Source: Gemmatimonadota bacterium
GTDB lineage: Bacteria > Gemmatimonadota > Gemmatimonadetes > Gemmatimonadales > Gemmatimonadaceae
Direction of reading: 5' to 3'
Assembly: GCA_040389905.1 (NCBI GenBank)
Contig: JAZJZK010000012.1
Span: forward strand, 197,537-261,536
Length of the DNA stretch: 64,000 bases
Shown here: positions 51,652 through 61,723 of the stretch, in pieces
Layout of the letters: each line of letters begins with the position of its first letter
Numbering within the stretch: the stretch's first letter is position 1
Notes under the pieces: model-generated
Seen by the model: only the letters and a program-made list of their open reading frames with translations
What the model was told of the DNA's origin: nothing
Databases searched by the model: none
Translations under genes and position numbers: made by a program

Positions 51652-53370
51652 CTAGGGCTTCATGCCGGGCATGTTCTTCATGCCGGGCATATCGTGCTTC
51701 ATTGGGGCGGGAGGGGCCTTCTTCGTCGTGGTCGATTTCGCTGGCGCCTTGGTCGTTGTCTTCGTGGTCGTCTTCTTGGCTGCGGTCTTCTTCGCTGGCG
51801 CCTTCGCCGATGCCTTGCCGGCGACCGGGCTTTTCGCCCCGGTCATCGCCGCATGATCGTGCGACATGCTGCTCATGCCATCGGCATTCGTTGGTGCCAT
51901 GGGTTCCATGCCTGGCAGTGAGTGCGCGGCTGCACCCTTCCCTTCCATTTCCGTCATCATTCGTCGCAGTGACGTGTCCGCCATCACCCGCTGCCGGATG
52001 ACCGGATCACGCATCATCTGCTCATGCAGGCGCATCATCGCGGAGTCCGGCTTCGTCATGCTCATCCCTGGCATGCCGGGCATGTTGGGCATTCCTGCAT
52101 GCGCTGCCGCTGATGCGGAATCGGCCTTCTTCATCCCCGGCATCCCGGGCATGCCCGCGTGAGCGGCAGCGCTTGAGTCGCCGGCCTTCATGTTCGGCAT
52201 TCCCGGCATGGGAGCGTTCGTTGCGCCGTGCTGCATGCCAGCCATCCCGCTCATGTTCTTCATGGCCTCCTGCATGCTTGCGCCGCGCGCGACCGTCGGC
52301 GTCGGCCAACCGGGAAGTATTCCGACGGCCGGACCGCCCATGTTCGCGATACCCATCATCTCGCCCATGGTCGCCCACTCTGCAATCGGCATGAGGAATG
52401 ACGTCCCATCGCGGTAGCGACGTGCCGCCTCAAGAATCGTCGACCGCTTCTGCTTGCGTGGCACCTTGTCATTCGCGAGTACGTCGGAAATGACGTCGTG
52501 CATCGCGTGGAGGTTATCGAAGATGATCGCAGCTTCCTGATACCGCTTCGCAAATGTCGGCGCGATGGCGGCCGTCATAGGCATGACGCGGGGCATGTGC
52601 TCGGGTGCATTCTCGAGCATTTGGCGGAAACGCGAGACCGCAGCGGCCACACCTGCCTGCTTCTCTGCCTGCGTTGTCCCAATCATCATGGGTTCGTACA
52701 GGCCTACCTGAAGCCAATGGTAACCCCAAATCAGTCCATTGAACTTCGGATAGCGCTGACGGAAGGCGAGCGAGTACGGCTGCCCCTCCATCAGCTCCAT
52801 GTTCTTCGGCAGTGAGCTGAACGCGAGGTCGGGTCGCGTCTTGTAGTAGGCAACGAGCTCGGCGATCTTCGCGTCCTTCTCCGCTTGCGTCATGTTTTCT
52901 GACGCGAGCACATCGTAGATCTGCCGGTGGAGAAGATGCGCCCAGTCAAACATCAGCTTCGCTTCCGGGGCAATCTTCGCGTAGTTCACCTCGATTGCCG
53001 CTTCCTCCAAGGGCAGGCGCGGCGGGCTCACGAGCAACTTCTTCGTGATGAAGTCGTACTCGTCGCTTTCGAGCTGCGACACAGGCGCATTTGCGTCGTT
53101 ATACAACCGCTCGTACAGGATGGCGTGCCCGTAGTCGAAGGCGGCGAACAGCCGGTCGGCCGCCGGATACTCGTTCCGGAATGTCCAATTGAACTTTCCA
53201 GGCAGATAGAACTGCTCATAGGCAGTCGACCACTGTGCCTGGGCCATCGACGGGATGCCGACACTCATCGCCAACGCCAGCGCGATGAGCAGGTTTCGTC
53301 CGCGACGCTGCGATGCGAACGCGTTCGCTTGAGGCAGCGTGTGAGCAGAAGATGTCTGATTGCGGTCCAT
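51652..53370 (-). CDS. secreted His/Met-rich putative metal-binding protein
   Basis: GGAGG RBS; signal peptide; YGHAILYE, WAHLLH, YHWLQ, DNLHAMHD; GMPGM repeats; Lys-rich tail. Confidence 0.85.
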   Translation of the reverse strand: MDRNQTSSAHTLPQANAFASQRRGRNLLIALALAMSVGIPSMAQAQWSTAYEQFYLPGKFNWTFRNEYPAADRLFAAFDYGHAILYERLYNDANAPVSQLESDEYDFITKKLLVSPPRLPLEEAAIEVNYAKIAPEAKLMFDWAHLLHRQIYDVLASENMTQAEKDAKIAELVAYYKTRPDLAFSSLPKNMELMEGQPYSLAFRQRYPKFNGLIWGYHWLQVGLYEPMMIGTTQAEKQAGVAAAVSRFRQMLENAPEHMPRVMPMTAAIAPTFAKRYQEAAIIFDNLHAMHDVISDVLANDKVPRKQKRSTILEAARRYRDGTSFLMPIAEWATMGEMMGIANMGGPAVGILPGWPTPTVARGASMQEAMKNMSGMAGMQHGATNAPMPGMPNMKAGDSSAAAHAGMPGMPGMKKADSASAAAHAGMPNMPGMPGMSMTKPDSAMMRLHEQMMRDPVIRQRVMADTSLRRMMTEMEGKGAAAHSLPGMEPMAPTNADGMSSMSHDHAAMTGAKSPVAGKASAKAPAKKTAAKKTTTKTTTKAPAKSTTTKKAPPAPMKHDMPGMKNMPGMKP

Positions 53371-53459
53371 CTCAACCTCCGAGAAGGTGCTCGCGGCGCG
53401 AGCACTCGATCCTGGGACGCTCATGGGCGCCCGCGCTTTGGTCTTTCTGAAAGGGGTGC

Positions 53460-54344
53460 TCATCGCGCGCCAGGAAAGAGTGACCGGAGTCCGAAGGCGT
53501 ACGCACTTCCGAACGTCACGTACCATCCTTGTTCTGGCCCATTCAATCGGCGCCCGAATCCGCCATCGAGTGCGAGGGTTGGGCTGACCTGGAATCGCGT
53601 CCCAGTGCCGACGGTGTATTCAATGTCCTCACTCGACTCCAACGGCTTTCGGCCATAGAACTCCGCCGTGATGAGTGTTGATGACAACGGGAAAGCCTTG
53701 TCGATGGCGCCGCCGGCGAGCCAACGGGAGACTTCGATGGCCCCGGGGCCGGCAAGTGGCGCCGTGATGCTTCGCGTCGCACCGAAAGTGTACTGGCCAT
53801 TCACATGGAATCGGGCCCACCGGTAGGTGCGTGTGGCCATGCCGGTCACCGACGAGTACGCGCCGTCTGGCGCGAGGTTGCCAATCGGGGCCAGTACGTC
53901 GCCACGGATCGCGAGTGCGGGTACGCCCTCCGTCTCGACATTTAGGTTGTACATCGCCGAGAAGTCGATGCCAGCGATGCCGCTCCGGCGCTGTCCTCCC
54001 TGTTCGATGAATGCCAAAGGCAGTCCGATTTCAATCTGCGTGCGAGGCAGAATACCGAGTGCAATCTCGGGTTCGAGACCCCAGTTGTATGTGCCGCCAC
54101 GCATTCGTTCGAGTCGTACCGGTGCCAACTTCAGCTCGAATGCATACCGCTCCGTGACGTAGGCATCTTCGATCTGCACCGGACGCCCGCGGTCCGTGTT
54201 ATAGAAATCCGTCTGCGCCTCGGCCGCGGAAGCGGTGCTCGCGAGTGCGCCTACAATGACCAGCAGTCGCAACGCCGCCTTTGACGACTGACCCAGGCAC
54301 GGCGATATAGTGTTGCTGCATGGCAGGAAGGACCTCGACGTCAC
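53460..54344 (-). CDS. outer-membrane beta-barrel transporter-like protein
   Basis: signal peptide, amphipathic strands ending WYVTFGSAYAF. Confidence 0.75.
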   Translation of the reverse strand: MTSRSFLPCSNTISPCLGQSSKAALRLLVIVGALASTASAAEAQTDFYNTDRGRPVQIEDAYVTERYAFELKLAPVRLERMRGGTYNWGLEPEIALGILPRTQIEIGLPLAFIEQGGQRRSGIAGIDFSAMYNLNVETEGVPALAIRGDVLAPIGNLAPDGAYSSVTGMATRTYRWARFHVNGQYTFGATRSITAPLAGPGAIEVSRWLAGGAIDKAFPLSSTLITAEFYGRKPLESSEDIEYTVGTGTRFQVSPTLALDGGFGRRLNGPEQGWYVTFGSAYAFGLRSLFPGAR

Positions 54345-54433
54345 GTGTGCAACCCCATCCGTTCAGGTTCAAATACGCCAGCCATCTGTGGCCGATATTC
54401 CGCTCGCTAACGCTTCCGACCGCGAGGAGCTCT

Positions 54434-54450
54434 ATACCCCCCTTCCCTAT
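54434..54450 (-). promoter_or_regulatory. CsoR-type operator box
   Basis: ataccccccttccctat is 15/17 identical to the reverse complement of 34706-34722. Confidence 0.65.
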
Positions 54451-54637
54451 TTGGTTCCGGGCTTCTTAGCGTGCTGTGTTTCCCGGTGTCCAAGAGTCAA
54501 CTCGCGAATTGATCGCGCCGCACTCACAGGATTTTACTCAGCATAAAGCGGTCCCGCAAGTCTCCGCGAACGCTTGTCGTCGGTATGCCGCGGGTTCGCG
54601 TAGGCAAAAACCTCGACGCTCGGACTGCCCTACCTAG

Positions 54638-55789
54638 TTATCGGCCGGTGTGTGGACAGGGCGTTCCGCTTGGGTGCGTGTGCAGTCCCAAACAGAACAG
54701 GTGGCTTAGCGCAAAGGAGCCTTTGTGCCGACAGTGTGAACCCGCATGCTCATGCCCGCTTAGGGACACCCCGGCGGCCTCGGCAGGCAGCGGATGTGCC
54801 ATCATCACTCCCGACACCCAGATGGCGAGCAGCGTGGCAGCAGCTCCTCCGAGTGATCGCCGAGTCACATGCGTCCCAGCTCTCGTTGGCTCCCCTGCCA
54901 GTCGACGGACACGCCGATCCAGCAGGTCAACTCGCTGGAGCGGGACGAAGGGCTGAAACGGAACGGCGCTCCCGGCACGCAATGCAGACAATCGCCCACT
55001 GCCGCTCGAGGGCACAGCCCACGCGGCCAATGCGAGGATCGCCGACGCAAGCACGAGAGGTTCACTCTGCTTCGCGGCAACGTCATCGGCCTCTATCTCG
55101 GCCTCATCGGTTAGGTCGTCTGCCAAACGCCGGAGCGCTGGTATGTAGAAGAGCGTGCACGCCAGAAACCGCATCAGCGAGAGGCGCAGCGGGTCGCGAC
55201 GCGCGATGTGTGCAGCCTCGTGCGCAAGCACCGCCTCTAGCTGCGGGCCATCGAGCGACGCCGGAAGCGCCGCAGACACATACACGAGTGGACGCCAGAA
55301 CCCGACGGTGAACGCGGGATTCGGGAGACCTTCCACGATACGCAGGCGGTCCAAAGGCACCCCGACGCGCTTCGCGGCGGACCCGAACACGCTTCCTTCA
55401 ACAACTCGAGACGTCTCCAAGGCGTTCAGCGTAGCGCGAACGCCACGCCATGCCCGAATTCGATCCCACGTCGCGAAGAGCAGGCCACCGATAAGCAGCA
55501 CATGGAACGTCGTGTGGACCGGTGCGAGCAGTACATGGAGCGCGATCAGACACACGCGTCCGAGGTGATCGTACCCTGTGAGCAGCGCATCAGCCTTCGT
55601 CGCAAGGTGATGTCCGAACACCGGGCTCGTGCTCAGGATGATCAGCCCGGCAACGGCTATCAGTAGCACACGGCGGTGCGACGACTCCGAAGCAGATAGG
55701 CTCTCCTCACCCTGCTCCAGCCAGCTCGACCTGCCCTTCGAGCTACGCTCCTGCGGTTCTCCGCTCCGATCTGTCTCCGCGCCCATCAC
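54638..55789 (-). CDS. M56 (BlaR1-like) membrane metallopeptidase
   Basis: PAFTVGFWRP, AVLAHEAAHIARRDPL, EIEADD. Confidence 0.92.
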   Translation of the reverse strand: MMGAETDRSGEPQERSSKGRSSWLEQGEESLSASESSHRRVLLIAVAGLIILSTSPVFGHHLATKADALLTGYDHLGRVCLIALHVLLAPVHTTFHVLLIGGLLFATWDRIRAWRGVRATLNALETSRVVEGSVFGSAAKRVGVPLDRLRIVEGLPNPAFTVGFWRPLVYVSAALPASLDGPQLEAVLAHEAAHIARRDPLRLSLMRFLACTLFYIPALRRLADDLTDEAEIEADDVAAKQSEPLVLASAILALAAWAVPSSGSGRLSALRAGSAVPFQPFVPLQRVDLLDRRVRRLAGEPTRAGTHVTRRSLGGAAATLLAIWVSGVMMAHPLPAEAAGVSLSGHEHAGSHCRHKGSFALSHLFCLGLHTHPSGTPCPHTGR

Positions 55790-55867
55790 TGCCTCGCTCG
55801 TCTCTTCGTGGCGAGACAGACTCCGTCTCGCACTATGCGCCTAACTCCCGCGCCCATCGGCGTTCCT

Positions 55868-56335
55868 TCAGCGTTCCGCGTCGCCGCGTTCTTTGAGCTT
55901 GCGGCGAACCAAGCGCCCTAGTTCCGCCAGCTGCTCCGGATCGCGCTCGGCGAGGACGTCAACCAAGGATGCGCTCACGGCCGTCGAGCCAAGATCGACA
56001 ATCCGCTGGACCACATGACGAGAGGCGCGCTCACTGAATTCCTCGCGCGTAAGCGTTGCGGAGTAGTGGTAGATGTCATCGCGCTTCTCGCGGCGCAGGA
56101 TGCCCTTCTCCACCAGGCGGTTCGCAACCGTGACGCTCGTTATGTAGACGACGTCGTGGGTCTTCGCGACCTTTTCGTGCAGCTCACGAGCGGAGACGGG
56201 TCGCTTGAGCACCCAGGCGGCCTCCAGAATACGGTGCTCGAGATCTCCGAGTAGCATGCCCGCACCTGCCGCCGTGAGGCGCACGGTGTCCTGCAGTCGC
56301 ACCCCATCCGGTCGCTTCTTTCTCGCAGGCGTCAT
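55868..56335 (-). CDS. BlaI/MecI/CopY-family repressor
   Basis: LGDLEHRILEAAW..RLVEKGILRR. Confidence 0.9.
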   Translation of the reverse strand: MTPARKKRPDGVRLQDTVRLTAAGAGMLLGDLEHRILEAAWVLKRPVSARELHEKVAKTHDVVYITSVTVANRLVEKGILRREKRDDIYHYSATLTREEFSERASRHVVQRIVDLGSTAVSASLVDVLAERDPEQLAELGRLVRRKLKERGDAER

Positions 56336-56389
56336 GGCTTTTCGGGAAGTGGAGTGGGCGGAGACTGCATACAGACGCATCGGCTCGCT

Positions 56390-56409
56390 GAATAATAATC
56401 GTTTTATTC
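56390..56409. promoter_or_regulatory. AT-rich palindrome, candidate BlaI-type operator
   Basis: GAATAA-N8-TTATTC between divergent genes. Confidence 0.45.
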
Positions 56410-56721
56410 GGAATAAACACCTCACGACAAGACGTCCTCGGCCGTAGCCGCGGTCGCGCTACCGTGAAGCGCGCTGGCGAGGTCGCGGGATGCGTGAAAG
56501 TCGTCATCCTTGCGCACGTGCCATTGGCCCGCCCCGCTGGGCGAGCCTCAACCGAAGTGCCGGTGGGACATGCATGTATGGATTCCCCATTCCAGAGCCT
56601 CGCTTTAGCTTGCCTAAAGCCCTGGGACTTCCGGCCGTGCTTTCGGTGCTCACGCTCCGAGTGCCTGAGGTATGCAGTGCCCGCGCATGACCATCATACT
56701 CCCGCACCGACTACCCATCTC

Positions 56722-57957
56722 ATGCTGACTCGCCGCATACTGGCCGGCATCCTCACGGTGTGTGCACTGACTGGCCTCGCCGTCACACGAGACGCACGCG
56801 CTCGCGTCACCGCCGGCGTTTCAGTCGACAGTCTTGCAAGTCCCGCAGGGCCCGGAAGCGCCGAGGCGAATCTCACCACCGGTCCGGATGGTCGCGTCTA
56901 CATGTCGTGGCTCGAACCTGCGGACTCCGGACATGCGCTACGCTTCGCGGTGTATGATGGCTCGCGCTGGTCGCCGCCGCGCACGATTGTGGCTCGACGG
57001 GATTTCTTCGTCAATTGGGCCGACTTCCCCTCCTTGCAGGTGCTCGACGGCAACCGCCTCGCCGCCCATTGGCTGCAACGGAACAGCACCGGCACGTACG
57101 CCTACGGCGTCCGCCTATCCCTATCGAACGACGGTGGCGCGACATGGACCACGCCGGTCACGCCTCATCGCGACACCAGCCAATCCGAGCACGGCTTCGT
57201 CGCGCTGTGGCGGGAAGGATCCACGCTCGGCGCCGTATGGCTCGACGGACGGAAGTTCGACAAGGCGGGGCATTCGCCAACGAATGAAATGATGCTCGTG
57301 TCCACCACGATGCGCGCGGACGGCACGCTTGGGGCGGAGACACGCTTGGACGAGCGCACGTGCGATTGCTGCCAGAACGCCGCGGCGGTGACCGGAAACG
57401 GGCCAGTTATCGCCTACCGGAATCGCACGTCCGACGAGATCCGCGACGTCTACGTGACGCGTCGCGTCAATGGGAAGTGGATCGCCGGCGTCGCCGTCCA
57501 CGCCGACAACTGGAAGATCGCTGCGTGTCCAGTGAACGGGCCCTCCATTGCCGCGAGCGGCAACAGCGTAGTGCTCGCGTGGTTCACTGCGCCTAACGAT
57601 AGCGCTCGTGTGAACGTCGCGTTCTCGAGCGATGCCGGCACGCACTTCAGTGCGCCGATCCGCGTTGATGGCGGCACGCCATCCGGCCGCGTGGATGTCG
57701 CATTGACTTCCGACGGCAGTGCGCTCGTGACGTGGGTTGAGCGTGTCGGCGGCGACGTCGCCGCCGTGCGAGCGCGTCGAGTCATGCGCAACGGCGCATT
57801 GGGTTCCACCGTAACCATCGCGTCGTCCTCGGCGGCGCGGTCGAGCGGATTCCCCCGGATGACCATCACGGGACAGAACGCAATGTTTGCGTGGACTGTG
57901 CCGGGTCGCCCGTCGAGTGTACGCGTTGCGCGCGCCTCGCTCGCGGAGTTTCGATGA
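56722..57957 (+). CDS. secreted BNR/sialidase-like beta-propeller protein
   Basis: VNWADFPS, SNDGGATW Asp-box, CDCC, WKIAACPVNGP. Confidence 0.85.
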   Translation: MLTRRILAGILTVCALTGLAVTRDARARVTAGVSVDSLASPAGPGSAEANLTTGPDGRVYMSWLEPADSGHALRFAVYDGSRWSPPRTIVARRDFFVNWADFPSLQVLDGNRLAAHWLQRNSTGTYAYGVRLSLSNDGGATWTTPVTPHRDTSQSEHGFVALWREGSTLGAVWLDGRKFDKAGHSPTNEMMLVSTTMRADGTLGAETRLDERTCDCCQNAAAVTGNGPVIAYRNRTSDEIRDVYVTRRVNGKWIAGVAVHADNWKIAACPVNGPSIAASGNSVVLAWFTAPNDSARVNVAFSSDAGTHFSAPIRVDGGTPSGRVDVALTSDGSALVTWVERVGGDVAAVRARRVMRNGALGSTVTIASSSAARSSGFPRMTITGQNAMFAWTVPGRPSSVRVARASLAEFR

Positions 57958-58484
57958 AGCGCTGGACTGCGATTTCCCTGGGGATGCTCGCTGGCACAAT
58001 CGCGTGCTCGGAGAAGAACAGCACACCTGCCGCGAGCGGTGACGGACGGGTCGAGGTGGGTCTTCCGGCCCCCGCATACGCGACGGTCTCGCTCAGTGGC
58101 GATTCCGTCTCCCTCGCGGGACAGCGCGGCAAGGTGGTGCTGATCAACATCTGGGCTACGTGGTGTCATCCCTGTCGTGACGAGATCCCGGAGCTCATCG
58201 CCATCCACTCACGCTATCGCGACCGCGGGCTCGAGCTCATTGGCGTCAGTGTCGACACGGACGGGTACGACGAGGCCATCCGGACCTTCATGGCCGACTA
58301 CCGGATGACCTTCCCCATCTGGCGCGATCCGGACGAGCGCATCTCCACGCAATTTCTCGCCGTCGGTGTTCCCGCCACGTTTCTCATCGACAAGGCGGGC
58401 ATCCTGCGCTGGAGAAAGACCGGCCCCATCGCGCCGAACGATACGTCGCTCGCTGCGGCCATCGAACGTTCGCTCGGGTCTTGA
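57954..58484 (+). CDS. TlpA-family thiol-disulfide reductase lipoprotein
   Basis: lipobox TIAC; WATWCHPC; GVP; ATGA overlap. Confidence 0.93.
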   Translation: MKRWTAISLGMLAGTIACSEKNSTPAASGDGRVEVGLPAPAYATVSLSGDSVSLAGQRGKVVLINIWATWCHPCRDEIPELIAIHSRYRDRGLELIGVSVDTDGYDEAIRTFMADYRMTFPIWRDPDERISTQFLAVGVPATFLIDKAGILRWRKTGPIAPNDTSLAAAIERSLGS

Positions 58485-59209
58485 TGGAGACTGCGTCCAT
58501 CGGCGTGGCGATCAGCTTCACCGCCGGCCTGCTCAGCTTTCTGTCGCCGTGCGTGCTGCCGCTCATCCCGAGCTACGTCAGCTTCATCACCGGCATGAGC
58601 CTCGACGACGTGCAGCGCTCGCGACGCATCGCGCTCGTGCACTCGCTGCTGTTCGTCGCCGGCTTTACGCTGGTCTTCCTAGCGCTTGGCGCGACGGCCA
58701 CGGTACTCGGCCGCGTACTCTTCCGCTATCGCGACTGGGTCGGTCGGATCGGTGGCGTGCTGATGATCGTGTTCGGCCTGTACCTGTTGGGCGTGTTCAA
58801 CATCGGCGCCTTCTCGCGCGAGCGGCGCGTGCACATCGCGCAGAAGCCGCTCGGCTATCTCGGTACGATGCTGGTGGGAATGGCCTTCGCCGCGGGATGG
58901 ACGCCGTGTCTCGGCCCCATTCTCGGCGGCGTACTCACCTACACCGCGAGCTCCGCCGACCTCAATCGCGGGTTGGTGCTGCTGTTCGCGTACTCGCTCG
59001 GTCTCGCGGTTCCCTTCGTGCTCGCGGCGCTGATGATCGACCGTTTCATGCTACTGTTCCAGCGGTACAAGGGCGCGCTTGCGTGGATGTCGCGCATCTC
59101 GGGCGCCTTGCTGATCATCGTAGGCGTGTTGATGATCACGGGCAGCATGACGGTCATGTCGTCATGGCTCCAGCAGTGGACGCCAGACGCGCTTCGAAGC
59201 AGGATATGA
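58484..59209 (+). CDS. ccdA: CcdA-family transmembrane electron transporter
   Basis: FLSPCVLPL, GWTPCLGP. Confidence 0.93.
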   Translation: METASIGVAISFTAGLLSFLSPCVLPLIPSYVSFITGMSLDDVQRSRRIALVHSLLFVAGFTLVFLALGATATVLGRVLFRYRDWVGRIGGVLMIVFGLYLLGVFNIGAFSRERRVHIAQKPLGYLGTMLVGMAFAAGWTPCLGPILGGVLTYTASSADLNRGLVLLFAYSLGLAVPFVLAALMIDRFMLLFQRYKGALAWMSRISGALLIIVGVLMITGSMTVMSSWLQQWTPDALRSRI

Positions 59210-59213
59210 GACC

Positions 59214-60269
59214 ATGATGATTGTTCCGCTGCTTGCGCTCCTTGCCACGTTTGTTGGCGATTCTGCGACGCGCGTGCGCGAGGGGTCGTCGCCACAGATA
59301 GCGATTGATCCACGCGGTACGATCCGCATGGTGTTCGGGCGACGGGACACCATCTTCGCCGTCACGTCGCGCAATGGTGGCGAGTCATTCGGTTCTGCAG
59401 TTGTCGTTGGCGTCGTCCCGAAGATGCATCTGGGCAACACGCGCGGACCGACCATCGCATCATCGAACACGCGGTCGGTGGTCATCGCCCCCGATCAAGG
59501 CGGCGATATCGCGATGTTCCAGCTCGAGCATGCCACGGATAGTTGGACGAGGCTGCGCGGCGTGTTGAATGATGCGCCTGGCTCCGCGCCTGAGGGATTG
59601 GCGACTGTCGCCGCCGACAGCAGAGGTGAGTTCCACGCCTTGTGGCTCGATCTGCGGCAGCAGCGACAGAACCAGATCTATCTCGGCACGGTGCCAGTGG
59701 CTGGCGCAACGCGACGCGCGAACAGACTGGTCTATGCCTCGCCCGATGGACACGTATGCGAGTGCTGCCGTCCAAGCATCGCCATTGCCGGCCGCGCTGT
59801 TGCCGTCATGTTCCGAAATTGGCTCGCCGGCTCGCGCGATATGTACGCGCTCCAGTCTGCCGATGGCGGCCGCACATTTGCCTCGGCGCAAAAGCTCGGT
59901 GAAGGCACATGGAAGCTGGATGCCTGCCCGATGGACGGCGGCAGCGTAGCAGTGACGGCGCAGGGTGTGCTGACGAGCCTGTGGCGAAGAGAATCAAGTG
60001 TCTACTTCGCCGAGGCGGGCCGCGCCGAAGTGCGTGTCGGCGAGGGTCGTTCGCCAATGATGTCTCGACGGGGCTCTGCCACCCACATCGTCTGGCAAGA
60101 CGGCGCAGCGGTGAAACTCCGACGCATGGGCAATACTGACGAACCTGTCGTCGTGGGCGAAGGGCGGCTTCCGCAGGTGCTGACGCTTGCAACAGGCGGC
60201 GCACTCGTCGCTTGGGAACACGGCGGGTCCGTCTACTTTCGTCGGCTCTCCGGCCTGATGTTGCATTGA
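59214..60269 (+). CDS. second BNR/sialidase-like protein
   Basis: SRNGGESF, SADGGRTF, CECC, WKLDACPMDG. Confidence 0.85.
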   Translation: MMIVPLLALLATFVGDSATRVREGSSPQIAIDPRGTIRMVFGRRDTIFAVTSRNGGESFGSAVVVGVVPKMHLGNTRGPTIASSNTRSVVIAPDQGGDIAMFQLEHATDSWTRLRGVLNDAPGSAPEGLATVAADSRGEFHALWLDLRQQRQNQIYLGTVPVAGATRRANRLVYASPDGHVCECCRPSIAIAGRAVAVMFRNWLAGSRDMYALQSADGGRTFASAQKLGEGTWKLDACPMDGGSVAVTAQGVLTSLWRRESSVYFAEAGRAEVRVGEGRSPMMSRRGSATHIVWQDGAAVKLRRMGNTDEPVVVGEGRLPQVLTLATGGALVAWEHGGSVYFRRLSGLMLH

Positions 60270-60387
60270 CCGGCATGTGGAGCCTGCGACCTCGGCCCAG
60301 TGCGGCCCGCTGCTGCTCGAGCTTCTTTGAGTGACATGCAAGAAGTCACGATGCCCGCGCCAATCCACGAGCGAATGCCTGCGGCCC

Positions 60388-60723
60388 TTAGGTCCGCGGC
60401 CAGTACATTAGCACGCCAACCCCAATGAGACATATCCCAGCACCGATGACGTCCGGAATGTCAGGGCGATTCCCGTCGGCCCACCATCCCCAAAGGAGCG
60501 ATGAGACGACGAAGACTCCGCCATATGCCGCATACGTCCGCCCAAAGCTCGCTGGTTGGAATGTCGGAATGACGCCGTAGATCACGAGCAGCACCGCGCC
60601 CGCAAGACCGACGAACAGACCGCGGCCATCTCGCAGCCAGCGCCACATGAGGTAGCCGCCGCCGATCTCTGCCAGCGCGGCCAAGAGGAAGAGACAAACG
60701 GACCGGGCGAAAGTTGGCATCAT
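60388..60723 (-). CDS. YnfA/UPF0060 membrane protein
   Basis: AEIGGGYL, FGRTYAAYGGVF. Confidence 0.92.
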   Translation of the reverse strand: MMPTFARSVCLFLLAALAEIGGGYLMWRWLRDGRGLFVGLAGAVLLVIYGVIPTFQPASFGRTYAAYGGVFVVSSLLWGWWADGNRPDIPDVIGAGICLIGVGVLMYWPRT

Positions 60724-60890
60724 GGGCGCAACATCACTGGAAGTGGGCGCTCGTTCCCTCTTCGATTCCTTGGCACTTATGCGCTGCCATGGATTGTCGC
60801 ATTCGCAACAGTTGTTCGAGTAGAACGAGCCGCCGAGCGTCGCCTGACGCATCGACAGCGCGCTCTACCTCGCGGCGAGACTGACTCGCG

Positions 60891-61277
60891 TCACGAGGGC
60901 AGGCGCTTTTGGCACGAGATGCGCGCCGAGACATTCCAGACGGTTGCGACAATGAGGGCGACGACGGCCACCCAAATCACCGTCATGGCAGGAGGCCCAT
61001 GAATGAAGACAACGCCCGCCACAAGCATGACCGCGGCAACTGTTGCCATGAGGAATGGCCCGGCTCCTCCGTGGAACTGACGTCCTTTCCAGAATCCCCA
61101 GAGCGCAATGATTAGCGAGATTGACATGAGCGGCCAGAGGATCGCGTCCTTACGCACGAAGCTCAGCCCGACGACAGAGAGGGCGCCCACGACGATTGGA
61201 ACACCTGCGCAGCACAATGCGGCGAAGATAGCGCCGAACACCCCAGCGCTGTCGGAAAGACGGATGGATTTGATCAC
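60891..61277 (-). CDS. merC: mercury transport protein MerC-like
   Basis: GAIFAALCCAG, four TM helices; downstream of merA. Confidence 0.8.
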   Translation of the reverse strand: MIKSIRLSDSAGVFGAIFAALCCAGVPIVVGALSVVGLSFVRKDAILWPLMSISLIIALWGFWKGRQFHGGAGPFLMATVAAVMLVAGVVFIHGPPAMTVIWVAVVALIVATVWNVSARISCQKRLPS

Positions 61278-61336
61278 GAAATGACGTGTACGGGGGCGTA
61301 GTCGAGAGAGTTCAGAGCTCGTTTGTTGTCCACTGC

Positions 61337-61723
61337 TCAGCCATGCTTCATCACCTTGGCCAGCGCGCTGCGAAGGCTCGCTAGCGCCGCTTCGCCATGC
61401 CCCGCTTCGACCTGGCCTAGGACGCACGTTGCCATGTGCGCCTGCAGTAGTTCCGCCGCGATGCCATTCACCGCTTGCTTGAGCGCGGAGACTTGCACGA
61501 GCATCTCGTCACACGACTTGTGCTCGGCGAGCATGCGCTTCACACCGCGCACCTGACCTTCAAGACGCGACAGCCGGTTGTAGATCGCGCCCTCAGCCTC
61601 TGGAGTCAGGTAGAGATCGTCGGTGATCGCCCGTTCGTGAATCGGGAGTTGCCGCGCTGTCTGCTCTGTGCGCAACGTCGTGGCACGTTTGGCGGATGCG
61701 CCGGTTTTCTTTCTCGCAGTCAT
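61337..61723 (-). CDS. CsoR/RcnR-family metal-sensing repressor
   Basis: NRLSRLEGQVRGV, SC..AHMATC; ATGA overlap with merA stop. Confidence 0.9.
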   Translation of the reverse strand: MTARKKTGASAKRATTLRTEQTARQLPIHERAITDDLYLTPEAEGAIYNRLSRLEGQVRGVKRMLAEHKSCDEMLVQVSALKQAVNGIAAELLQAHMATCVLGQVEAGHGEAALASLRSALAKVMKHG

